34,821 nucleotides of DNA from a virus (Duplodnaviria > Caudoviricetes). Below are positions 27,532 to 34,821 of this stretch, in pieces. The position numbers were made by a program, and so were the translations under genes. The stretch covers positions 1 to 34,821 of IMG/VR virus record IMGVR_UViG_3300035670_000754; one strand, given 5' to 3'. How positions within the stretch are numbered: position 1 is the first letter of the stretch; each line of letters starts with the position of its first letter. The notes beneath the pieces are model-generated. The model was not told where the DNA came from. It did no database searches and worked only from the letters and a program-made list of their open reading frames with translations.

Positions 27532-27918
27532 TTATAATTCTAATAATACAAAGTCAGCGGACTGTAATGCCGAAATAGTTACTATGTAATCTATTCTTAC
27601 AACAACGGCGTGTATGTTATCTTCAGATTTTGTTACTGTTAATTCTGTAACATTTAAGTTTGGTATAAATTTTTTTACCGCCTCGTTTATTTCATTTTTA
27701 ACCGCATTGGCACTAGCCTCATCATTAGGTTCAAATAAATACTGTCTTAAATTAGCGCCAAAATCTGGTAAATAAAGTCTTTCCCCCTTGTTTGTTAATA
27801 ATAAATGAACCAAATCCGATTTTATAGCCTGTTTAGCTTCGGTATTCATTTTTAAAAACTTACCTTCTGGATCGTCACTAAAAGGAAATTGTATGTTTAT
27901 GTAATTTTTTTGTGCCAT
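27532..27918 (-). CDS. baseplate wedge protein gp25 / GpW-like (sheath initiator)
   Basis: AIKSDLVHLLLTNKGERLYLPDFGANLRQYLFEP signature. Confidence 0.93.
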   Translation of the reverse strand: MAQKNYINIQFPFSDDPEGKFLKMNTEAKQAIKSDLVHLLLTNKGERLYLPDFGANLRQYLFEPNDEASANAVKNEINEAVKKFIPNLNVTELTVTKSEDNIHAVVVRIDYIVTISALQSADFVLLEL

Positions 27919-27927
27919 TAATCTTTT

Positions 27928-27935
27928 TATAAATA
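27928..27935 (-). promoter_or_regulatory. TATTTATA motif, candidate late promoter at head of structural operon
   Basis: 9 nt upstream of the gp25 ATG and downstream of the terminator that closes the replication block. Confidence 0.6.
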
Positions 27936-27993
27936 TCTATTCATGAAATTTACCACCAAAAAATAAAATCTAAAGTGTAAAGTTTATTGCATT

Positions 27994-28018
27994 AAAAAAC
28001 CCTCCGAAGAGGGTTTTT
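27994..28018 (-). terminator. intrinsic terminator with C(UUCG)G tetraloop
   Basis: Minus strand AAAAACCCTC-TTCG-GAGGGTTTTTT: perfect stem with U-tract, potentially bidirectional. Confidence 0.9.
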
Positions 28019-28019
28019 A

Positions 28020-28109
28020 TTATCCGTTTTTTTTACGTATTTCATATAAGGCTAACAAAACTTGTTGTGTTAACGTTATATTAGGTCCCCATGTAATGTT
28101 ATTTACCAT
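28020..28109 (-). CDS. 29-aa small ORF, below the ORF-track cutoff
   Basis: MVNNITWGPNITLTQQVLLALYEIRKKNG followed by TAA TAA; overlaps the endonuclease stop and ends at the terminator. Confidence 0.55.
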   Translation of the reverse strand: MVNNITWGPNITLTQQVLLALYEIRKKNG

Positions 28110-28641
28110 AATTTTTAGTTATTAATTTACAAATATTTATAAAGTAGTCTTGATTATAATCTTTTTTCATCATATTCACATCTTTATGAACCCATTGTAC
28201 GTTATTCTTTACGTAACCTATATTAGAGTTAATTCTATCTAAAGAAAAGTCATTTTCTGTTAAATCTAAACCAGTTAAACTACATTTAAATTTTTGGTCT
28301 TTGTATAGTTTGTCTAAGTATTCTAAATTAAGATTAAATTCTATACCTCTTATATTAGCATTTCTCTTAATTTGGGAGATAACTTTACCTGGTATTTTAC
28401 CGTAACCTCGCCAAGCAGGATTTTTTTCTTTTTCCATAGAATTACCACAATCTAAACATTGAGTGGATGTACCTTTTATTAATGTATAACAAGATACTTT
28501 ACGAACAACCCCACAATCACATTGGCATTCCACTTTAGCTTCACGTTCTATAATAATGGATGCATTAATAACGGTATATCTACCAAATTTTTGTCCTTTG
28601 ATAAACATACCGTTATATTTAGATTTACCTTTTTTACCCAT
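28099..28641 (-). CDS. HNH-type (beta-beta-alpha-Me) putative homing endonuclease
   Basis: N-terminal GQKFGRYTVI...CQCDCG...CLDC DNA-binding module, NPAWRG, and nuclease core CSLTG...SLDRINSNIGYVKNNVQWVHKDVNMMK. Confidence 0.85.
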   Translation of the reverse strand: MGKKGKSKYNGMFIKGQKFGRYTVINASIIIEREAKVECQCDCGVVRKVSCYTLIKGTSTQCLDCGNSMEKEKNPAWRGYGKIPGKVISQIKRNANIRGIEFNLNLEYLDKLYKDQKFKCSLTGLDLTENDFSLDRINSNIGYVKNNVQWVHKDVNMMKKDYNQDYFINICKLITKNYGK

Positions 28642-28653
28642 AATACTTTTATA

Positions 28654-28661
28654 TATAAATA
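28654..28661 (-). promoter_or_regulatory. TATTTATA motif upstream of the endonuclease
   Basis: 12 nt upstream of the ATG at 28641. Confidence 0.55.
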
Positions 28662-28674
28662 TTATGTTTTTTCT

Positions 28675-28701
28675 AAAAGTGAGTTAATTTTATTAACCCA
28701 C
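28675..28701 (-). terminator. hairpin plus short U-tract directly after nrdJ (weak terminator candidate)
   Basis: Minus strand GTGGGTTAAT-AAA-ATTAACTCAC-TTTT; 10-bp stem with one G-U pair. Confidence 0.55.
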
Positions 28702-28710
28702 CATTATAAT

Positions 28711-30585
28711 TTACTTAGGTAATACTATATCTATTTCACATTGTCCTCCGGCACAAGCGGCTTCACCAGATAAATTAGTATCATCATCTAATTCCACTAT
28801 TTTACTTAAATCAATGTCTTTTAAAGTTTTCATTAAATTTTCGTAAACAGATTTATCACAGTCTTCAAAAGGGGCTTGTTTGTATGTGTGATTAGAATAA
28901 GGTAATACTGACAAACCGTTATATGAATCTTTGTTTTCCCACATCCATTCACCAACTAAATCCCATTCATTTTCTTTTACAGAGATTGTTGCTGATACAT
29001 TGTGTGTGTTAGATCCTGTACGGTGACCTGCTTTAACCCATTCAGTAGAAACTTTTTTTACACGTTCCAATAATTGAAACACTGACTCGGTTCTAACAAT
29101 TGCACCTTCAGGTGATTTTTGTGGGATACTGATTACCGCAGTATCATGTGGTCTAAAGTATTCGTCTTCAACCAATTCAGGGTGATAAAGTGATAAATAA
29201 GTGTAAATAGCCTCATTTTTACCAACACGAACTCTACGGACATAATAATCATTATGCCAAGCGTGAATACCTGATGAGGTTCCTAAAACTAATGAAGATG
29301 TACCAGAAGGTTTAACTGTCGAAGTTCTTGCTGCTTTATTAATACCTAACAAACCGGCAACCCTTTCATTTTCTTCTTTTACTGCTTTAGCCGCCTTTTT
29401 CATGTCATAACCTAATACAACACCTGAACCAATACCAGTCATTCCAACACCGATTAAGGCATCTTTTTCGGTTGTACGTCTCCAAACATCACGAAGATAA
29501 TGGAAATCAGTATAACCTGCCTGAAGAGTTCCAATAAATGCTGCCGCTTTAACCCTTTCTTCAAAATCTTCTTGTGATGTAATATCAGATGCATTTACTT
29601 CACAAAGATTACAGAATTGGTATGGTCTTAATCCAATCTCACAACAAGGGTTAGTTCCCCAATCTTTGTCGTTGGAAAGATAAATACCGGGTTCACCAGC
29701 TCCAGATAATTCAATACGTTTCCATAAATCCATAAAATATTCTTTTGTTACTTTATGTCTCATAAGAACTGCTGAATTATTTGCTCTACCTCTTTGTGGA
29801 TTGTTTTCCCACCATGAACCAGATTTACAAGAAATCATCTCATCGTCGTCAGCACTAAATAAACTAATGAGAGCTGCTCTACGAATACCGCCGGCAAGTA
29901 CTGCATCTGCAATATAACATACAATATCGTGTACTTCAATAGGTTTAAGTTTATCTCCATCTTCTTTTGCGTCTAAAACTTTTTTAATATTATGTAAACA
30001 ATCCTTTAATGGTTGAGGTCCTGGTGCTTTTCCACCTGATGTTACAAGTCTAGCTCCTTTTGGACGAATGTCACTAAAGTCAAAAATAGGTGTTGACGCC
30101 TTTGTCCCGAAATAAGATTCCAATAACACTTTAATTGAGTCGGCCCAACCTTCAATAGAATCACCTATTAAGTATCTTCTAGTTCTATTTGGGTTTGGTT
30201 TTTTGATTTCAGGTAATTTGTCTACATGGTGTTTTTGTACTGAATAACCAACACCCGTACCACCTAATAAAAGAAACATTGCCTCAGAAAAAGAATCTAC
30301 ATGGTCAATCGGCATATAAGCGCAATTGTAAATTCTATTAGGAGAAATTTCAATTGGTTTTCCTCCGAATTGTAAACTTCTCATGGAAGGTAAAACTTTT
30401 TTATCGTATACAAGTTTGTAAACTTTTTCGATTTCTTCCTTTAATTGTGGGAATTTTTTTTGATGCATTTCTTTATTTCTTGTTACCAATTCTTCCCACG
30501 TTTCCCTACGATTTAATTCGGGTATGTACTTAGCGTACTTCATGTAGACAGTGATATCTGAAAGTATTTTACTACTTAGTTCCAT
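28711..30585 (-). CDS. nrdJ: class II (adenosylcobalamin-dependent) ribonucleotide reductase, monomeric RTPR type
   Basis: RETWEE, LPSMRSL, YNCAY, GTGVGYS, GGIRRAA, TNPCCEI thiyl-radical motif, FCNLCE, TVKPSGT and C-terminal CAGGQC pair; no nrdB-like small subunit nearby. Confidence 0.92.
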   Translation of the reverse strand: MELSSKILSDITVYMKYAKYIPELNRRETWEELVTRNKEMHQKKFPQLKEEIEKVYKLVYDKKVLPSMRSLQFGGKPIEISPNRIYNCAYMPIDHVDSFSEAMFLLLGGTGVGYSVQKHHVDKLPEIKKPNPNRTRRYLIGDSIEGWADSIKVLLESYFGTKASTPIFDFSDIRPKGARLVTSGGKAPGPQPLKDCLHNIKKVLDAKEDGDKLKPIEVHDIVCYIADAVLAGGIRRAALISLFSADDDEMISCKSGSWWENNPQRGRANNSAVLMRHKVTKEYFMDLWKRIELSGAGEPGIYLSNDKDWGTNPCCEIGLRPYQFCNLCEVNASDITSQEDFEERVKAAAFIGTLQAGYTDFHYLRDVWRRTTEKDALIGVGMTGIGSGVVLGYDMKKAAKAVKEENERVAGLLGINKAARTSTVKPSGTSSLVLGTSSGIHAWHNDYYVRRVRVGKNEAIYTYLSLYHPELVEDEYFRPHDTAVISIPQKSPEGAIVRTESVFQLLERVKKVSTEWVKAGHRTGSNTHNVSATISVKENEWDLVGEWMWENKDSYNGLSVLPYSNHTYKQAPFEDCDKSVYENLMKTLKDIDLSKIVELDDDTNLSGEAACAGGQCEIDIVLPK

Positions 30586-30606
30586 GTTTTTTAATTTTTT
30601 TAATTA

Positions 30607-32019
30607 TTAATTATTATTTTGTTTTTGTAACTCTTTTGCTCTTTGGATTCTTTCACGGGTGTGAGATTCTTTTTTAACTTCTTGTGTTTTTTCATAACCT
30701 AAAAAAGTTTGAGACGTTTCAGTGTCTATATGAACTTTTCCGTTATCAAAAGTACAATCTTCAAATACAACCCCATCACGTCCAAAACGAGACTTTAAAA
30801 CTGCTATTGTTGCTCTACCTGATTCTTTTTGTGGTAAGGTTCTCGCTACAGACATAATAAAATGCCCTATTTGAGCTTTCTTAATGGAACCCCCCATTTG
30901 GTCTCCTGTTACTACATCAGCACTAATTGAACTTCTATTACCTTGAACGGCAGTCCATCCAACTAATCCGAATTCACTTAACATTGATTCAAAACCTCTC
31001 ATTACGTTACCCTCACCAGACCATTCATCACTATATTGTTTAGTGGATTCCACACAATCAATATAATCTAAAATAATCATATCAGGTTTAAACCCTGTTG
31101 AGATTTCATGTCTAACAAAAGATTTAATGGTTTGCATAGTTACACCCTCTGAAGAAAACTTTCTGATTTTTAAATCATTTGTCCTGTTTTGAGTTACTTC
31201 TTTGTGTTTTGCTAAAACCTCTTCTTTTCTTTCCGCTAAATCATTTAAATCAATTCCTGACCAACAAGCTAAATGTTTTCTTTTGATAACATCAGGCATA
31301 TCTTCGAAAACAATTTGTAAAACATTATACCCTTCATTATAAGCTGAATTAGCTATTTTGGTTAAAATGGTTGTTTTACCAACACCATACGGTGCTAATA
31401 CAACCCCAAGTTCACCACGAGATAGACCTCCATCGGTTAGTTGATCTATACCACTTATTCCTGTTGGAATTGGATGTCTAAAGTCTTTTTCTAATACAGC
31501 TTCTATGTTTTCTGTGATAGAAGTTCCATCGTCTTTTTCAGCACCAACTGAAAGAGCATCTCGTAAAATTTCAGCACATTTTTCATAATTGTCAAACTCA
31601 CCGTTATCAACAATCTTGTTGATTTTTTCATTTGCCTTTTTGAGCTCTTGTTGTCTACAAAAATTTAATGCCTTACTTTGTATGAATTCCCAATCTTTAA
31701 CTGTTAAATCATTAATCTCTTTTAACATTTCAAAAACATAATCCTGAGTTACTTTATCCTTAACTTCCATTCTAAGGATTGTCTCAAGAGTATCGACTGT
31801 TGGGATTTTTTCATATTTCTCATAGTAGTCCTTTATTTGGGCTACTATGAGACGAAAATACTCATTGTCAAAGTACTTTGCGTGTACAATGTCTATGATT
31901 CTATCAGAAAATTTTTTATTGGCTGGGTGTAAAATTTGATTGATTAACTCTATTTGAAACTTGTAACCTAAATAACCTAATGTAACACTTTTACCCATTT
32001 TTTTACCTTGTATATCCAT
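30607..32019 (-). CDS. dnaB: replicative DNA helicase (DnaB / T4 gp41-like); true start may be the ATG at 31998
   Basis: IPTGISGIDQLTDGGLSRGELGVVLAPYGVGKT Walker A, FED, IILDYID Walker B, TAVQGNR, KSRFG. Confidence 0.92.
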   Translation of the reverse strand: MDIQGKKMGKSVTLGYLGYKFQIELINQILHPANKKFSDRIIDIVHAKYFDNEYFRLIVAQIKDYYEKYEKIPTVDTLETILRMEVKDKVTQDYVFEMLKEINDLTVKDWEFIQSKALNFCRQQELKKANEKINKIVDNGEFDNYEKCAEILRDALSVGAEKDDGTSITENIEAVLEKDFRHPIPTGISGIDQLTDGGLSRGELGVVLAPYGVGKTTILTKIANSAYNEGYNVLQIVFEDMPDVIKRKHLACWSGIDLNDLAERKEEVLAKHKEVTQNRTNDLKIRKFSSEGVTMQTIKSFVRHEISTGFKPDMIILDYIDCVESTKQYSDEWSGEGNVMRGFESMLSEFGLVGWTAVQGNRSSISADVVTGDQMGGSIKKAQIGHFIMSVARTLPQKESGRATIAVLKSRFGRDGVVFEDCTFDNGKVHIDTETSQTFLGYEKTQEVKKESHTRERIQRAKELQKQNNN

Positions 32020-32031
32020 AAATAGTTTTCA

Positions 32032-32466
32032 TTATTTTGTTGTCGTGTATTCCACATGTAAATTTTCTTTACCCAAAGTATATTGAATTTGGGAGATAAT
32101 TTTAGGGATTAAATCACGAATATCAACACTATAACGAACTCTTTGTGGATAAACATTACCAGTAAATCTTCTAGTACCAATAACTCTTTCATCGATTCTA
32201 ATTTCAAAGTCGAAAATATCTTCTTTGTCGTAAATTGGTGTTTTGTTAATTTGTTCTTCTAATTGTTTCTCATACGGATTATATTGTCCCCAAAGATACT
32301 CTAAAGATTTTTTCTTTAGTTGACTATTAATCATGTCAACACAATCGTTAACACATTCCATAACATCATAAGATTGGACTGCTTTTTGATTAAAGTTTTT
32401 AACTGCGAAATATCTTTGACAGATAATGTTTCCGTTAATACGGAGAATGAATTCGAACTTTTTCAT
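32032..32466 (-). CDS. hypothetical protein (144 aa) in replication block
   Basis: ATGA overlap with the flap exonuclease stop; internal duplication FEFILRINGNIICQRYF / FDFEIRIDERVIGTRRF. Confidence 0.78.
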   Translation of the reverse strand: MKKFEFILRINGNIICQRYFAVKNFNQKAVQSYDVMECVNDCVDMINSQLKKKSLEYLWGQYNPYEKQLEEQINKTPIYDKEDIFDFEIRIDERVIGTRRFTGNVYPQRVRYSVDIRDLIPKIISQIQYTLGKENLHVEYTTTK

Positions 32467-33512
32467 ACTTCTTTTGAATTTTTGTAATTTGTTTTTTCCT
32501 TTTTACTTAATTTGATAAATGGGTCGAGGAAATTTACATACCCATTTTCACCACCAGGGATAGCATACATTATACCATCCTCAAACATCATTTTTAAAAC
32601 ATTTTTATAATCTCGACCATCAGGGTTTAAAGGTAAGTTTATAAGGTTTAAAACTTCTTCTTTGGCTTCTTCTGTTAAGAGAGGTTGGTGTAAATCGATA
32701 ATGATTTTATTAACCTCATAAACATTACCCCTATGACTACCCTTTGTTTTTCCTTCTATTATTGAATCAAATATCTTTAAATCTTTTTCTTTTTTCAAGT
32801 CTTGAGATTTTAAAATAATTTCTTCTAAAGTAACTTTTCTGTCTTTAATTTCGGGAAAGTGTGTAAGAAGTGTATTTTCAGTAACACCATCTATACCTTT
32901 AATGTTGTCAGTTGAACATCCCTCAATAATTTTGACTAGACCAGCGTTTTTATAATAGTGCTGGAAGTACCAAGAATAGTTACCAACTCCCACTAAAACT
33001 TTTTTATCAGCCAAGTAAAGGGTAACATCTTCAGTAATTAATTGACATAAGTCTCGGTCATTTGTGTAAATAATAATTTCTTCATTCTTTTTTTTATTCA
33101 AAGCGTAGAATGCTAACAAATCATCAGATTCACAATCTGGGTGTTCGTACTGTCTAAGGAATAAGTCTTCAGCGTATGCTTTAACTTTTAATTTTTGGAG
33201 TTCGTAACTCTCGTCAAAAAAACGAGGTCTATTGTTTTTATACTCAGGATAATAGTCAAGTCGTAAATACCCACCACGTTCACCATCCCACATAACAACA
33301 ACTTTATCAACCGATAACTCAAGTATTAATTTTCTAAGTGTTGTGTAAAATTGGAATATACCTCCGATGTGGACTTCTTTATAGAAAACGTTCTTAGCTC
33401 CGTTGTAAGAGCGTTTCATCAGAACGTTTCCATCTATAAGAAGTGTTTTGGTTTTTTCTTTTTTTCTAGTTACCTTGAGGCCCATTACCTGTAAAGTTAA
33501 AGGGTTCAACAA
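32463..33512 (-). CDS. 5'-3' exonuclease / flap endonuclease (PolI N-terminal, T4 RNase H-like); start more likely at 33485
   Basis: LLIDGN, VMWDG, YKNNR, ESDDLLA, TNDRDLCQL and DNIKGIDGV motifs. Confidence 0.92.
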   Translation of the reverse strand: MLNPLTLQVMGLKVTRKKEKTKTLLIDGNVLMKRSYNGAKNVFYKEVHIGGIFQFYTTLRKLILELSVDKVVVMWDGERGGYLRLDYYPEYKNNRPRFFDESYELQKLKVKAYAEDLFLRQYEHPDCESDDLLAFYALNKKKNEEIIIYTNDRDLCQLITEDVTLYLADKKVLVGVGNYSWYFQHYYKNAGLVKIIEGCSTDNIKGIDGVTENTLLTHFPEIKDRKVTLEEIILKSQDLKKEKDLKIFDSIIEGKTKGSHRGNVYEVNKIIIDLHQPLLTEEAKEEVLNLINLPLNPDGRDYKNVLKMMFEDGIMYAIPGGENGYVNFLDPFIKLSKKEKTNYKNSKEV

Positions 33513-33723
33513 TTTTTTTCTTTTCGTCTTGAGTTTCTTCTTCTAAGACACCTAATTGAAGTAAAAATTTTATATAGTCATTACTTAATGTATCACCGTT
33601 TAAAAATCTTTCTAACCCAGCTTGAATTAGGTAGAAACATGCTAATTGATTACCGTCTGTTCCTACTAAAGACCTTCTATTAATTTCTTCGACTATGTTA
33701 TAATTTACTTTCATATTATTCAA
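33466..33723 (-). CDS. small hypothetical protein (85 aa)
   Basis: Fills the gap between recA and the exonuclease, overlapping both. Confidence 0.65.
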   Translation of the reverse strand: MNNMKVNYNIVEEINRRSLVGTDGNQLACFYLIQAGLERFLNGDTLSNDYIKFLLQLGVLEEETQDEKKKIVEPFNFTGNGPQGN

Positions 33724-34750
33724 GACCTTCTAAATCAATATCTGTTTGTGAACCTTCTAGGGCGAAGTCTTCACCTTCTTGAACATCTAAACCGTTTTTA
33801 ATAAACATGTCAGTCCAAAATTCAGAATATTCTTTTTTGTATTTTTCTTCAGCTTCTTTTGTATCTTCGATAAAACCGTGTGGTGTTACAATTACTTTAC
33901 CATCTTCGTAACCGATACCGTTTACGTGATTTTTAAGAATCGAGATTTTAGTACGAGTAGCAAATTTAATCTTTCTACCGTTCTTGGTTGCCATAATCTT
34001 ATTTGTACCAGCTCCTTTTTGATTACCGTAAAGGAAAATTAAAGTACTGTTAAGATAGATAGCCTCACCACCTTTCATCTTAATTTTTGGTTGACCCATT
34101 GGAGAGTCAGGTAATTCAACCCAAGGTTGGTTAACGAAGACAATAGTATTTGTATACTTACTTGTTTCTTTTCTTGAGGATGTAATTCTACCGTTTAATC
34201 CCATACCAATTTTATCGGCTAATACAGATGCGTTGTGCATCTTACCACCCTTACCATCAAAGGTCATTTTACATGGAATGGAACCAACAGAATCCCAAAA
34301 GAATACAATGTCATAAGGGATATCACCTTTTGCTTGTGCATCCAATACTTCATTAATATAGTCTGTGATTTGTTCGATATAATCAAAATCATCACGGAAA
34401 AGAAAGAATCCGTCCCACTCACCTGGATTAACTTCTTTAGCATCTAACCCCATTAACTGAGCGTGACCGAAACTCCATTTCTTTTCAGTAATAATAAAAA
34501 TCGGTAGAATACCATTTTGTTGACACCAAATAGCAGATTTTAATAAACCTGTTGTTTTTCCAGTGTCAGAATGTCCCAAGAAAACATTTAAATGTCCAAG
34601 AGCGGGACCAGGAACACCTGTTGCTTTTTGGAAGGCCTCACCCAAGTCGATAAATTTATCGGCTTTGTATTTAGTTTTTGTACTAAACTTATCCTTCAAA
34701 CTATCAAGTGAGAATTCTTTTTTACCTATTGCTTTCTTTGTTGTAGACAT
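33716..34750 (-). CDS. recA: RecA/UvsX-like recombinase
   Basis: GHSDTGKT Walker A, TEKK, FFWDSVG Walker B, FVNQ, KGGEAI; acidic C-terminal tail. Confidence 0.9.
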   Translation of the reverse strand: MSTTKKAIGKKEFSLDSLKDKFSTKTKYKADKFIDLGEAFQKATGVPGPALGHLNVFLGHSDTGKTTGLLKSAIWCQQNGILPIFIITEKKWSFGHAQLMGLDAKEVNPGEWDGFFLFRDDFDYIEQITDYINEVLDAQAKGDIPYDIVFFWDSVGSIPCKMTFDGKGGKMHNASVLADKIGMGLNGRITSSRKETSKYTNTIVFVNQPWVELPDSPMGQPKIKMKGGEAIYLNSTLIFLYGNQKGAGTNKIMATKNGRKIKFATRTKISILKNHVNGIGYEDGKVIVTPHGFIEDTKEAEEKYKKEYSEFWTDMFIKNGLDVQEGEDFALEGSQTDIDLEGLE

Positions 34751-34760
34751 ATTCTTTTAA

Positions 34761-34821
34761 TTAAAATGGCATTTCATCATCATCTTCAGCTTCATCATCG
34801 ATGACTGGGGATTTATATTTA
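34761..34821 (-). CDS. C-terminal end of a probable single-stranded DNA-binding protein (partial)
   Basis: Minus-strand frame reads KYKSPVIDDEAEDDDEMPF-stop, the acidic D/E-x-PF tail typical of SSBs, directly upstream of recA. Confidence 0.7.
   Translation of the reverse strand, partial: KYKSPVIDDEAEDDDEMPF

Noticed and set aside
27919-28019. tRNA or structured ncRNA in the largest intergenic gap
   Set aside because: Only about 100 nt, explained by the terminator and promoter motif; no cloverleaf or T-loop signature seen.
28099-28710. Group I intron interrupting nrdJ
   Set aside because: nrdJ is complete with its C-terminal Cys pair before the endonuclease, and the flanking non-coding DNA is too short for a ribozyme core.
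612-34760. All plus-strand ORFs in the track (e.g. 612..836, 1751..1999, 2213..2470, 9165..9617, 17375..17620, 26692..27030, 34563..34760)
   Set aside because: They lie antisense to well-supported minus-strand genes, are short and show no recognisable motifs; they are shadow ORFs.

Overview
AT-rich (roughly 30% GC by eye), gene-dense fragment of a large tailed dsDNA phage (Caudoviricetes, contractile-tail type). Every credible gene is on the minus strand in the standard genetic code. In transcription order (right to left) it holds a replication block: SSB C-terminus, RecA/UvsX, small ORF, 5'-3' flap exonuclease, hypothetical, DnaB-like helicase, class II ribonucleotide reductase, HNH-type endonuclease, a 29-aa ORF and an intrinsic terminator. 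Next is a ~25.5 kb virion/baseplate block: gp25-like, gp6/gpJ-like and gp7/gpI-like wedge proteins, plus SprB-repeat, beta-propeller, Cys-rich and tail-collar-like proteins. A second DNA-metabolism block follows: RuvC-like resolvase, primase, small ORF and a PD-(D/E)XK exonuclease missing from the ORF track. SprB repeats and A-rich starts without Shine-Dalgarno sites suggest a Bacteroidota host (inference). Main points of interest: (i) apparent fission of conserved baseplate proteins where adhesin or Cys-rich modules were added; (ii) a TATTTATA upstream motif, the reverse complement of the T4 late promoter; (iii) a recurrent [ST][GA]xT tetrapeptide concentrated in virion proteins; (iv) a paralogous tail-collar-like gene cluster. 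No database search was possible, so all family calls rest on recognised motifs.
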